60,000 bases of DNA from Callorhinchus milii. Its lineage: Eukaryota. Shown here in pieces: positions 13,301 through 23,559 of the stretch. The notes under the pieces were generated by a model. The model worked only from the letters and a program-made list of their open reading frames with translations. It searched no databases and had not been told where the DNA came from. Each line of letters starts with the position of its first letter. Within the stretch, counting starts at the first letter, position 1. A program made the position numbers and the translations under genes. The stretch lies in contig NW_024704742.1 of NCBI RefSeq assembly GCF_018977255.1, positions 137,890,001 to 137,950,000 on the forward strand, given 5' to 3'.

Positions 13301-16300
13301 TGGGGGCAGGGAATTCTCCCACTCAGCTCCTGGTAACCCTGCAGCCAAAGCCCTAACCGGTAGGGTGGTCCTAGCTGGTCAAGCAGCAGGAAAGCTTGTC
13401 AGACAGTGATATCAAGGATAAGCTGTGTGGTTTTAGCTGGTAAGACTCCAGCAGTTACCCCAACACACACTCTGGGGTCCCCCCAAGCCTTGGCTCTTGC
13501 CAACTGCACCTAATACTCTGCGGAATTAGGTAAAGAGGCTGCGCTTCTCCAGCGAGTGAGAGAGAGGGAGAGAATGTTTTCCATTCCAATAATCAACCTC
13601 TAGGATTTCTATGTGTAGGTGGGATATATGGAATTCTCAATTTGATTTGCAGAGCCTTAAGCAACGGTGAAGGGTTTCTGCATGTATCAGACACCCGGCT
13701 GACAAAAAAGAATCCTTTCTATCCCTCTTCACACAATGAGAACTACCTCCTCTTCTCCAGAGATAACACTGTCACTTGAAGGTCCATCACTAACCTGACC
13801 TCCCGCTAGCGCTGCTCAGTTTGCTGTCCTCAGCACATTGTCTGACGTGAAGCCTCTTCCACCAGGGAGTCGATGAATAATGTCGTACCTGCCCACGCTC
13901 TTATTCTGTCAGCCTGGACTGTGAGCTCAGCGTCCCCAAAGTGGGCTTGAACCCACATCCTACGGACATGAAGGGCCAGAAGGCCTCACTCTGAGGATTC
14001 CTGGGTATAGTTTGCGGTTCGCCAAAGGACCTCCTAGGGTTAATTTACGCCAGACGTTTCCCTCTGGTGAGGCTGCGAGCGAGTGTGAAAAATATAGCAC
14101 CATGCGTGTGACACAGGCGTCTGTGAGTCAGTATCTGCGCTCAGTCTGATCCCTTCCTGAATCACGAGTAATTCAATAATCCACCAATCTGTCACACCCG
14201 CATTTACATATCTTTCCAGATGCCATAATGCCAACAGTTGGACTTGATTTATAAATATTTACTCATAAAAGCTCTCGTCCATCATGCAATGCCTCCCTCT
14301 ATCCCTTCCACTTTCACTCATTTACTCCCTCGGCCCCACTCCCTCTCTCACTCCATCCCTCCCTCACTCTCTCACCAGTGCAGTGGTGGCAGCTTTTATT
14401 AAAGCTCCTGTGAGCCATCTATTCTGTTGCCTGACTCCGCTCTCCTCCTCTCCTCTGTCTCTAACGCTGTGATATCAGCTGTGTCCTCACCAGACACAGA
14501 GGGAGGCCATTCAGCCCAGCTGGCCTGTGCTGCCACTCTTTGTTTAGCCAATTTAATTTTAAAAAAGTTCTCCATAAAAAATATACCGCAGAGCAATTAA
14601 ATTACATTCGTATAGTGCTTTCACGTCGGGAGGACGTCCCAGGACAGTGAAGGATGTGCACCCGAGCTGGCGGTGGGATGAGGAATGGTGGAGAGGGAGA
14701 GCGAAGAAGAGAATGGGGTGAAGGGGTGGGGGAGTTCCCTACCTTTGATGTGGACCCCAATGCGGAAGTGCACCTGGAGATTGGGGAGGGAGCGCTCCAC
14801 CAGGATGTAGTACCATTGCTGCCAGTGGGGGGGGCTGTGGTGGAGCTGGCAGGTGGGGAGGGCGGAGCAGTCAGCGTGGGAGGAGTTGTGGAGAGGTGGG
14901 GCTCTGGCTCGGATCTTCAGGGAGATGGGGCATGCCCCCACCGTCCGGTTCCTGCTCCGGCAGCCGATCAGCTGCACCGTCACTGCAGAGGTATAACTGG
15001 GCACAAACACCCTGGACCACAACACAAGCCATCACCAACTCCCACATCATCACAACAACAACAACAACAAATAATAACATACAACACTTGCACGTGATAG
15101 AGCGCCTTATCACTTCGTTGAGACGTCTCGAAGCACTTCACAGAAAATACCTCTGTAGTTTCTGTGTGACTTGTGGGCGAAACGCGGCAGCTAATAGCCC
15201 ACAGCAGTGATCTACAAACACTCGTGGATTGAGTGACCAATTTTTATTGAAGGATTATTATCCCTGGAAAGTGATCCACCAATCAATTAGGTTCCTACTT
15301 ATGGCTGGGTAACCAAGAGGTGTGTGGGGTAAGGAACTGGCCTCAGGTTTTATTTGGGGGATTGTTGGCCAGGACAGCAGGATTGCACCATGAGATCTTT
15401 AACATCCGTCTCAACAGGCAGAGGCAACCTGGGTTCAATGTGTCACCTCATTGGAACGTTGTCTTAGACTATGTGATTCCAAGTCCCTTCGTGGGGTCTT
15501 GAACCCACAACCTTCTGACTCAGATACGAGAGAGTTACCAGGCTGTGCCAGGCCAATAAGAATAACGCTTACATTTGATACAGCGCCTGTACAGCATTGC
15601 AGTGACTGCGTATTTTGTGGGCGTACGCGGCAGCTCATTTATGCTGAGCGCCGGAGAGCGCAGGACCTGGCGGTGTAAAATGGCCGCCATTCGGTCGCGG
15701 CGCTGGCGTCACTTACTTGTACAGAGCCGAGCGGTTGTGAGCGGGGATTAACTGGTCAATGACGTAACCGGGATACAGCACGGGAATCCCGATCAGTCGC
15801 TGCACAATCAGCTGTGGCTGGAACAGGTACTGACATTCCTCATAGAGGCCCTGTGACGGGGAGAGCGGCGGAGGGGCATGGGGAGGGGGGAGCAGAGAGA
15901 GAAGTGGGAGCGGCAGAGATAGGATGGGGGAGGGGAGGAGCAGAGGGAGAAGGAGGATGGGTAGAGGGAGACGTGGGGGAGGTACAGAGAGAAGGCGGAG
16001 GGATAGAGGTAGGCGCGGGGAGGGCCAGGGAGAGGGATGGGGCAGAGAGAGGGAGGCGGAGAGAGAAGGATGGGCAGAGAGAGAGAGGGGGGCAGAGGGA
16101 GGGAGGGGCAGAGGGAGGAAGGGGCAGAGAGTGGGAGGGGTAGGGGAAAGACATTAGTGATGCCAACTCAAACTCCACCACCCACATCCTCACCGGCCCC
16201 AAACTCCATCAGCCACTCAACAACAACAACAACAACAAGATTCCATTTATTGAGCGCCTTTCATGTCGGGAGGACGTCCCAAGGCGCTGCACAGTTGGGT

Positions 16301-18899
16301 CAGGACCCGAGCATTGGGGGAAATGGTCAGGGTGAGGGGAGGGGAAGGAGCGAGGAGGGGGGAAATGGTCAGGGTGAGGGGAGGGAAGGGAGGGAGCGAG
16401 GAGGGGGCAGAGAGTCGAGAGGAGAGCTGAAGGCACGGTCAAAGAGAAAGGTCTTGAGACCTGACCGGTCTTGCCGGACTCAGTCAGGAAGGGAGACTCC
16501 GGACCTCTGCCCTCCGCCTCGCAACCCTTTTGTCTGTATTTAAATCACAGTCATCATCACCTCCCCACCCTCTCCCTCTCTCGGACAGACCTCACCAACG
16601 TTAAGTGCTCCGAGACACTAACCCACACAAAGGGCCTCGTACACGGTAAAACTCACCTAAGTCGTACCACTTGGGACCATAACATTGAACATGATTTACG
16701 TGAAGTCCGAGCTGCAGGCAAACTGTATAAATCGTCTAAAATCCAACTTAATCAATAATCTAATCGATCAGTAATTCCCAGTAGCCGGTAAATGCACCTG
16801 CAGCGACGGGTCAAGACTACATTTCCCGCGATTGAATGCGTCTCGTCCCGTCGCCGCTTTACACTTCCCGGCAAGTGTTGGAATCGCATTGAAACGCTGG
16901 CAATGAAGTTCTTCTGCGCTTGCGTCGACGGATCAATACTACATTGCTGTAGACCACACTGCTGTGCGCAATCGGCTGCCGCGTTTCGCCCACAAAACAT
17001 GCAGTCAATTCACTTTACAACATATTCTGTGAAGCGCATTGAGACGCCTCGAAGACGTGATAAAGGCGCTATATCAAATACTAGGATTATTATTACATTT
17101 CCCACATTCAATGCAGTGGTAACGGTTGGGAGTGGGGGGGGGGGGGAGATGTGTACCGATCGCTAGCTCGTTCATGTTAATTATCTGGTTCTTCCTTACA
17201 GTTGGATGAACAGAGGCGTGTGGAGTAAGGAAACCTACCCAGTGTTTCACCCTGCCGGGAATCAAACCCAGGTCCTCTCGCTTGGGAGGCGAGTGCTCGA
17301 ACCACTACACTACGGCACTCTGATAAAAATAATAATAATCCTTGCATTCGATATATCGCCTTATCACGTCACCAAGACGTCTCACAGCGCTTCACAGAAT
17401 ATATTGTAAAGTCAATCGACTGTGTGTTTGGTGGGCGAAACGCGGCAGCAAATTGTGCACAGCAGCGTCCCACAAACAGTGGTGGATTGAGTGATTATTA
17501 TGGGATTATTACCCCCGGGAAAGCTATCTGCCAAACGACTAACAACCGGGTTAATAGGGAATTTGAGGGAATTGGGAAAGAGCAGGGGATTGGGGTTAGG
17601 ACAGAGGCTTGACTGGAGGAGTGAACACGTGCCTTGACTGAGATCTTGCCCTCATCCTTGGGCAGGTGGGCAGCCAGGAACCAGTCCCCGGGCAGGGGGC
17701 TGCTCACGTTGAAGACCCCGGTGGTGCGGTTGGGCAGAGTCCAGGTCAGGGTGACGGTGAAGGAGCTGGGGATGACAGTATCTTGCGGGAATCGGGTGTG
17801 GAGAGGGTTAATTACCGGCGGAGCCCCAGCCCGGTAATACCTGGAGACAGAGAGAGACAGACGGAGGGAGAGTGAGAAAGACACAGAGAGAGAGAGAGAA
17901 AGAGACAGAGAGTGAGAGAGACAGAAAGTGATAGAGACAGAGAGAGACAGAAAGAGAGAGAGAGAGAGAAAGAGAGAAAATGAAAGAGACAAAGAGAGAG
18001 AAAGAGACAGAGAGTGAGAGAGACAGAGAGAGACAAAGAGAGAGAGAGAGACAGAGACAGACAAAGAGAGAGAAAGAGAGAGAGAAAGTGGCAGAGACAA
18101 AGAATTAGGTGGAAATGAACCAACAACAACAAATGACATTGACACAGCGCGTTTCCCGTCGGAGGCCATCCCAAGGCACTGGACAGTCAAGGCTTTGAGC
18201 CCGAGCTGGGGTTGGGATCAGACAGGGATGGGAGCTGTGGGGGTGGAGGAGGGAAGATGACTGACAACGTGGTTGAAGAGGAAGGTCTTGAGAAAGACCT
18301 TCAAGGAGGCAAGGGAGGGAGCAAGGTGGAGGGGCTCTGGGATAGTGTTCCGATTGCGCGGTGGGGCCTGGCGGGGGACGTGGAGCAGACCAGTATCTGC
18401 TGAACGGAGGGAAAGATTGGTAAGGATTTTAGTAGGTCGCAGAGCTGGGGAGGAGCAAGACCGTGGAGGGCTTTGAAAGCGAGGACAAGGATCTTAAACT
18501 CTATCCTCTGGGAGACGGGGAGCCAGTGAAGCCGGGCGAGGATGGAGGTGATGGGAGCTTAGTGGGATCAAGGCAGGGAGGTTCCCTGACTGAGGTCTTT
18601 ATATCGCGGAGAAGAGGGGGATGTACTCACACTATACTGTGGGTGGGGGGGAGAGTGGGGGGGGTTACTCACACTATACTGTGGGCGGGGGGGAAGGGGG
18701 GTTACTCACACGGTGATGTCCCGGTCGGGACAGGTGTCCCCAAAGTTGCCCCCCTGCTCCTTGAAGGTGATGAGGTTCCAGACGGCCACCACTGTATCTT
18801 CGGGCATGTGGAAATGAAAGAGCTCCACACTGGCAAAGGAGGTGAAGGGGTTCAGCTTCCGCGGCGTCCGCGTAAAGTAGTCCGTGACGAAGAGACCGT
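981..18899 (-). CDS. TMEM8B: Transmembrane protein 8B (TMEM8/CREST family), 5'-incomplete multi-exon gene. Coding exons 18710-18899, 17633-17840, 15717-15850, 14743-15011, 9730-10124, 7339-7435, 4890-5013, 4135-4277, 3751-3929, 3306-3452, 2349-2465, 981-1334
   Basis: 12 exons join in one frame (2357 nt) with matching intron phases. Peptides [32 protein letters not shown] and [25 protein letters not shown] match recalled TMEM8B rather than PGAP6/TMEM8A. An EGF-like Cys motif is followed by a 7TM region with CREST motifs FFSTFYHACD and HSIWH. Confidence 0.93.
1397..1725 (-). mobile_element. Young tRNA-derived SINE with an L2-type tail and (ATT)n end
   Basis: Head resembles a tRNA with A/B boxes (GTAGCTCAGTGGTTAGAGC...GTTCAATTCC). 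Near-identical to copies at ~22300, ~27110 and ~33725. Confidence 0.85.
2349..2465 (-). CDS. TMEM8B: TMEM8B coding exon
   Basis: ctcag|ATC...TGG|gtaagc; encodes [39 protein letters not shown]. Confidence 0.94.
2890..3270. repeat. 30-bp minisatellite, about 12 copies
   Basis: Unit GGGTCAGCACTGGCTGAGGGCAGGGTTCAG. Confidence 0.95.
3306..3452 (-). CDS. TMEM8B: TMEM8B coding exon
   Basis: cag|TTT...CAG|gtggg; encodes [49 protein letters not shown]. Confidence 0.94.
3751..3929 (-). CDS. TMEM8B: TMEM8B coding exon, first transmembrane helices
   Basis: tacag|GG...ACG|gtcagt; encodes WNGWGCTDN...[13 protein letters not shown]...[14 protein letters not shown]. Confidence 0.94.
4135..4277 (-). CDS. 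TMEM8B: TMEM8B coding exon, EGF-like domain
   Basis: cccag|G...G|gtgtga; encodes [47 protein letters not shown]. Confidence 0.93.
4283..4645. repeat. GA-rich tandem repeat directly upstream of a TMEM8B acceptor
   Basis: Unit approximately GAGACAGAGGAGAGTGAGC. Confidence 0.9.
4890..5013 (-). CDS. TMEM8B: TMEM8B coding exon
   Basis: ttccag|AA...GG|gtaagg; encodes [41 protein letters not shown]. Confidence 0.92.
5606..6860 (-). mobile_element. L2-clade LINE, degenerate RT and C-terminal region
   Basis: Frameshifted peptides [51 protein letters not shown] and [14 protein letters not shown]. Confidence 0.9.
7339..7435 (-). CDS. TMEM8B: TMEM8B coding exon, absent from the ORF track
   Basis: ttcag|TCC...G|gtaagt; encodes [32 protein letters not shown]. 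Confidence 0.9.
8067..8365 (-). mobile_element. Same tRNA-derived SINE, inserted into a Deu-domain SINE
   Basis: Same body and tail. The host SINE sequence stops at ~8066 and resumes at ~8373. Confidence 0.8.
8878..9260 (-). mobile_element. Older subfamily of the tRNA-derived SINE; related copies near 5045-5410, 17200-17550, 20610-20980 and 48780-49070
   Basis: Same head and tail with a longer, diverged middle. Confidence 0.75.
9730..10124 (-). CDS. TMEM8B: TMEM8B coding exon
   Basis: ttacag|AC...ACA|gtgagt; encodes CSKP...NMPQSFG...[27 protein letters not shown]...[17 protein letters not shown]. Confidence 0.93.
10130..11430 (-). mobile_element. Two L2 LINE 3' fragments (~10130-10480 and ~10745-11430)
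   Basis: LHWFPI..IDFKIL and LWNSI...SFKARLKT peptides; (TTG)n tails. Confidence 0.8.
11705..12490 (-). mobile_element. 5'-truncated L2 LINE
   Basis: [24 protein letters not shown] and [24 protein letters not shown]; (TTG)n tail. Confidence 0.85.
12520..13282 (+). mobile_element. 5'-truncated L2 LINE
   Basis: [14 protein letters not shown]...SRLNYANSL...LHWLPI..RIQFKI; ends GTGAAAGGCACT...(TTG)n. Confidence 0.85.
14743..15011 (-). CDS. TMEM8B: TMEM8B coding exon
   Basis: ccag|G...G|gtaggg; encodes [14 protein letters not shown]...[10 protein letters not shown]...[13 protein letters not shown]...GVHIK. Confidence 0.9.
15717..15850 (-). CDS. TMEM8B: TMEM8B coding exon, absent from the ORF track
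   Basis: cacag|GGC...AA|gtaagt; encodes [45 protein letters not shown]; phases 0/2 fit both neighbours. Confidence 0.9.
16650..16935. promoter_or_regulatory. Candidate intronic promoter or alternative first exon in TMEM8B
   Basis: CpG-enriched unique segment, ZNF143-type ACTACATTTCCC at 16816-16827, and a consensus minus-strand donor AG|GTGAGT at 16657/16656. Confidence 0.35.
17633..17840 (-). CDS. TMEM8B: TMEM8B coding exon ending at a GC donor
   Basis: ctccag|G; encodes [18 protein letters not shown]...[22 protein letters not shown]; donor AAG|gcacgt. Confidence 0.88.
18120..18560 (-). mobile_element. L2 LINE 3' fragment; similar fragments near 19440-19950, 21330-21680, 43845-44150 (+), 57155-57455 and 58700-59280
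   Basis: Shared L2 3' sequence and (TTG)n tail. Confidence 0.75.
18710..18899 (-). CDS. TMEM8B: TMEM8B coding exon, most 5' one identified (phase 1 in, phase 2 out)
   Basis: ttcacag|AC...GT|gtgagt; encodes [63 protein letters not shown]. Confidence 0.92.
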
Positions 18900-18924
18900 C
18901 TGTGAACAACAAGCACAGGGGTCA

Positions 18925-19410
18925 CCCTCACACATACTCACCCTCACACATACACACACACCGTCACACAAACACGCACACATACACACCCTCACACATA
19001 CACACCCCTCACACACACACACACCCTCACACATACACAACCTCACACATGCCCTCAAACATACACACACACCCTCACACATACATAACCTCACACACAC
19101 ACACACCCTCACACACACACACACACTCACACACAAACCAAACATACACACACCCTCACACATACATAACCTCACTCACAGCCTCACACATGCACACACA
19201 CACACACCCTCACACACAGCCTCACAAGCACAACCTCACCCTCACACATACAACCTCACTCACACCCTCACACATGCACACCCTCACACATACACGTACC
19301 CTCGCACACACTCACAAACACAATCTCACCCTCACACACAACCTCACTCACACCCTCACCCTCCCACATACATACACACACACACACACAACCTCACAAA
19401 CACACAGCCT
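18925..19410. repeat. CA-rich low-complexity tract
   Basis: CCCTCACACA-type repeats. Confidence 0.9.
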
Positions 19411-22299
19411 CATAGTAAATAGGAGAGCATTCACAGGCTACAACAACAAATTACATTGACACAGCGCCTTTCACGTCAGCAGTGCACCCCAAGGCGCAAC
19501 CTGCACACAAATTGGGGTTTGGGATCAGGAGGGTGGAGGGCAAGGGGAGTGGAGGAGGGAAGATGACCGAAGGGGCGGTCGAAGAGGAAGGTCTTGAGAT
19601 GGGGCTTGTTTGAGGCAGGGGAGAAGCAAGGTGAAGGGACTGTGGGATGGAGTTTCAGAGGGTGGGGGCACAGAGGCTGAAGACCTGACCCCCGATGGTG
19701 GGGCACGTGGAGCAACCAGAGCTGCTGAGCGGAGGGAGCAGACGGGTTTGATATGGGGTTATTAGGTCACAGAGGTAGGGGGGAGCGAGGCCATGGAGGG
19801 GTTTGAAGACGAGGACGAGGATTTTGAACTGTATCCTCTGGAGGATGGGGAGCCAGTGGAGCCGGGCGAGGGTGGGGGCGATGGGCAGGAGCGGGAGAGG
19901 ACACGAGCTGCGGAGCTCCAAACAATCTGCAGGTTGTGGGGGGAAGAGTTGGAAATGCCAATAAGCAGAGAGTCAGAGACAGACTCGGTGGGTGTGGTGG
20001 GGGAAACTGGAGTTGGTAACCAGTGTTAGTGATAGTAACCAGAGCTAAAGTTAGTAACTAGGTTAGTAGGCATAGTTAATAGGAGGAGTTAGTAATCAAG
20101 TTAGCAAACAGGGTTAGTAACTGTAACTGTAGTTAGTAAACAGCTCACACCCTGATCTCTGCCATCCTTTACTATTCACCATCCACACCTCGATCATTTC
20201 ATTAATAATATGACAATAATCCTCCCATTGATACAGTTTCTAGAGCATCAAACATCTCAAAGTGTCTCACAGGGCCAGCTGCCAGTGTAGTGACTGTGTG
20301 TTCTTTAGCCAAACACTGCAGCCAGAGGGGACGTCCCAGAGGTGTGTAACAGTGTGAATGGGATTGAAAAGTAAACCCAGATCATCGCTGTCAGATACAC
20401 TGAGACAGTAGAACAAGAGGCCACAGGGTTAGAGTTTAGTGTAAAGGGTCATTTTAGGACCGACACCAGGAAGTGTTTCTTTACCCAGAGGGTAATTAAT
20501 GAGTAGAACAGGGTTAGCAGGANGGGGGGTTGAGGCCGGGTCACTGGGACTGGTTTATAAAGCAGCTCAATGCTATGATGGGGAGACAGTTGGGTGGGGG
20601 TTCTGGGGGGATAATAATAATAATACTTCCATTTGATGTCGCGCCTTATATCATTGAGACATCTCAACGTGCTTCACAGAATATATTGTAAAGTGCAGTG
20701 ACTATATTTTGTGAGCAAAACGCAGCAGTCAATTGCACACAGCAGCGCCCCACAAAATATCGTGGATTGAGTGACCATTGTTTTTTTGGAGAGATTATCA
20801 TTATCACGGAAAGTGATCCTCCAATCCAATTCGACCAATAACTATTTCCTAGTTACTGCTAAATAAACAGAGGCACATGGAGTAAGAAAACTGTCCAAGG
20901 TTTTGTCTGACCGGGAATCAAACCCCCGGTCCTCTCGCTTGCGAGGCGAGTGCTCTAATCACTATACTACGGGACTCTACATCTATGAGATCAGAGGCCT
21001 TCTTCGTCCAGACCAATCTATGATCTAATGATAAAGTGCTGCTGTCTACAGTTGATGTACTGAGGGATTTATTGACTTGGTCGGGGTTCAGTAATGTTTA
21101 CAGTAAATGCTTCCACAACCCTGAGTCACTGTGTTGAGAAATGTCACATTATCTGCAGTAATACAGTGGGATAGTAACCTTTTATCTCTGTGTATGTCTC
21201 ACACTCACTGACTCGTACATTATCAGAAACCACAAGCCAGCTATAACGCTCCCCCTACCCACACCCAACTTAAAATGGTGTCCTGGCCAACAACCCCCAA
21301 ATAAAATGGTCACTTACTCAAGAACAACCTACATTTATACAGACCCCCGTCACGCAGAGAAGCATCTCGGAGCGCTTAATAATGGTGGAGGAAGTGACCA
21401 TAGGTATGGTAAAAGAGGAAGTTGATCTGAAAATGGAGGAGGGGGCAAGGCGGTGGGTTTGAGGGAGAGAGTTTTGTGGCCCAGTGGCTGAATGGGCAAC
21501 CACCGAAGGTGGAGCGGAGAGGACAAGAGACAAGCAGGAGGCCGGAGCCAGTCGAGCGGAGGCAGCGGGTTTTGGATTGGGGAGTAAGCAGGTCAGAGAG
21601 GTGCCAGGGCATCAACAGATTTGTAGACGAGTTTAAGGCTCTTCAAGCCGCATCCGTTCTGTGACAGGGAACAAGTGGAGCCTGACAAGGACTGGGGTGA
21701 TTGGGGAGTGGAGTTCAGTGTGAATTTATACACAGCAATGTCCCACAATGTGAAATTGGCTGCCATGTTTTTCCCCCAAAATACACAGTCACTACTCTTT
21801 ACAGTACATCCTGGGAAGCGTTCAAAGACGTCTAAACGTTTGTGGGGACACTGCCTCCACAATGACAGCAACAACAACTTGCACTTATAGAGCGCCCTCC
21901 ACACAGGGTAGCATCTCAGAGCGCTTAACAGTGGGCGGAGGCTGACTCCGAGCCAGGGAGGGGAGGGCAACGACAAAACAAATTGTATTTATGTAGCGCC
22001 TTGGATATCCTAAGTGAAGGGTTTGCACGTGAGGAGGGGTGGAGGGCAATAGGGGTGGAGGTAGGAGGATACCATAGGGGAACGTCTTGAGACAGGCCTT
22101 GAAGGAGGCGAGGGAGGGTGTGAGGCAGAGGTGCTCTGGGATGGAGATCCAAAGGGTCGGAGTAGAGAGGCTGAAGCCGAGAGAAGCCGAGCGAGGATGA
22201 GGGTGATGGGGTCACCGAGCTCAGTGTGGGAGAGGAAACAGAGTTCTGGATAGTCCGCAGGTTTTGTAAGGGAGAGTTGGAGAGTCCAGTTCTGCTCCC

Positions 22300-22630
22300 T
22301 AATAATAATAATAATAATAATAATCCGTGCATTTGATATAGCGCTTTTCACGTCGGGAGGACATCCCAAAGCGCTTCACAGAACACACTGTAAAGTGAAT
22401 TGACTGTATATTTGTGGGCGAACGCGGCAGCCAATTGCGCACAGCGATGTCCCACACACAGCCGTAGATTGAAAATGACCAATTTATTATTGTTTTTGGT
22501 TTTGGAGGGATTATTATTAGGCTCTGTGTGGAGTAAGGAAACTTGCCCAAGGTTTCGCCCTCTGCCTGGGATTAAACTCAGGTCTCTCGCTTGCAAAGCG
22601 AGTGCTCTAACCACTGAGCTACAGGACTCA
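22300..22630 (-). mobile_element. Young tRNA-derived SINE, full length
   Basis: Near-identical to the copy at 1397-1725. Confidence 0.85.
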
Positions 22631-23559
22631 ACTGCCGATGAGCCAGCCTGGAATACTGCGGACCCACCTGGCTCAGGAACCAGATACCACGACCGCCACA
22701 GAGGACTGGCTCGATTCCGGCAGTTTGTTGCCAAACGGAGTTGGTTCAGTCCCAGAGACCCTGCTTACCTTCCCCAGGAGGACACTCACAACCTGGCCAA
22801 GGAGGGTTTAAATAATGAAGGCAGGAGCGAGGATTATAGCCCTGAGGAACCACCGCTTAATACCGTGCGGGGGCGGGAGAAGACAAAGCGAAGTTGCTGG
22901 GATAGGGAGGAGTGAAGGCAGGATGAGCCTTGAAGGAAAATGAGGAGGAGAGACAGGGTGGGTGGATGGAGCCAATTTGGTCAGAGTAATGTCTTGCAGA
23001 CAGCCATGACGTGAGTGATTAATTTTATCCGGGGCATTGTCAGCCGGGGCTCCAGGGAAAAGAAACTTCTCTTTTACAATCGCGCTGTGGGATCTTTAAC
23101 ATCCACCTGAACACGGGCACAGACGGGGAGTGAGGTTTAACATCTCATCCAAAGGACACAGCATCTCTGGCATTTACTTCATGGCTGTTTGTGGGACATG
23201 GCTGTCCGCATTCACCTTATAAAATACACAGTCACTACACCCTACAGTAAATCCCGTGAAGGACATCCTCCTGAGTTGAAAGTTGCTGTGCTAAATGTAA
23301 GGATTATTAATAATTATTATTATAATAATGATAAACTCCCTTCTCTTAGTGCCGTGGGATCTTTAACTTCCACCTGAACAGCAAAGACGGGAACTCGGTT
23401 TAAGGTCTCATCGGAAAGTCGGCGTCTCTGACAATGCATCGCGCGCTCCCCCCCCCCCCCCCCCCACCACCCCAGCACAACACTGCAGCGTTAGCCTGGA
23501 CTGTGAGCTCACATTAAGGGAAATAGCCAATCATCAGAATGAGGCAATGCTGGGAGTGT

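Noticed and set aside
20523..20523. Single N as a hidden contig junction explaining the missing exons
   Set aside because: Both flanks read as one continuous CR1 3' remnant, so it is more likely an ambiguous base.
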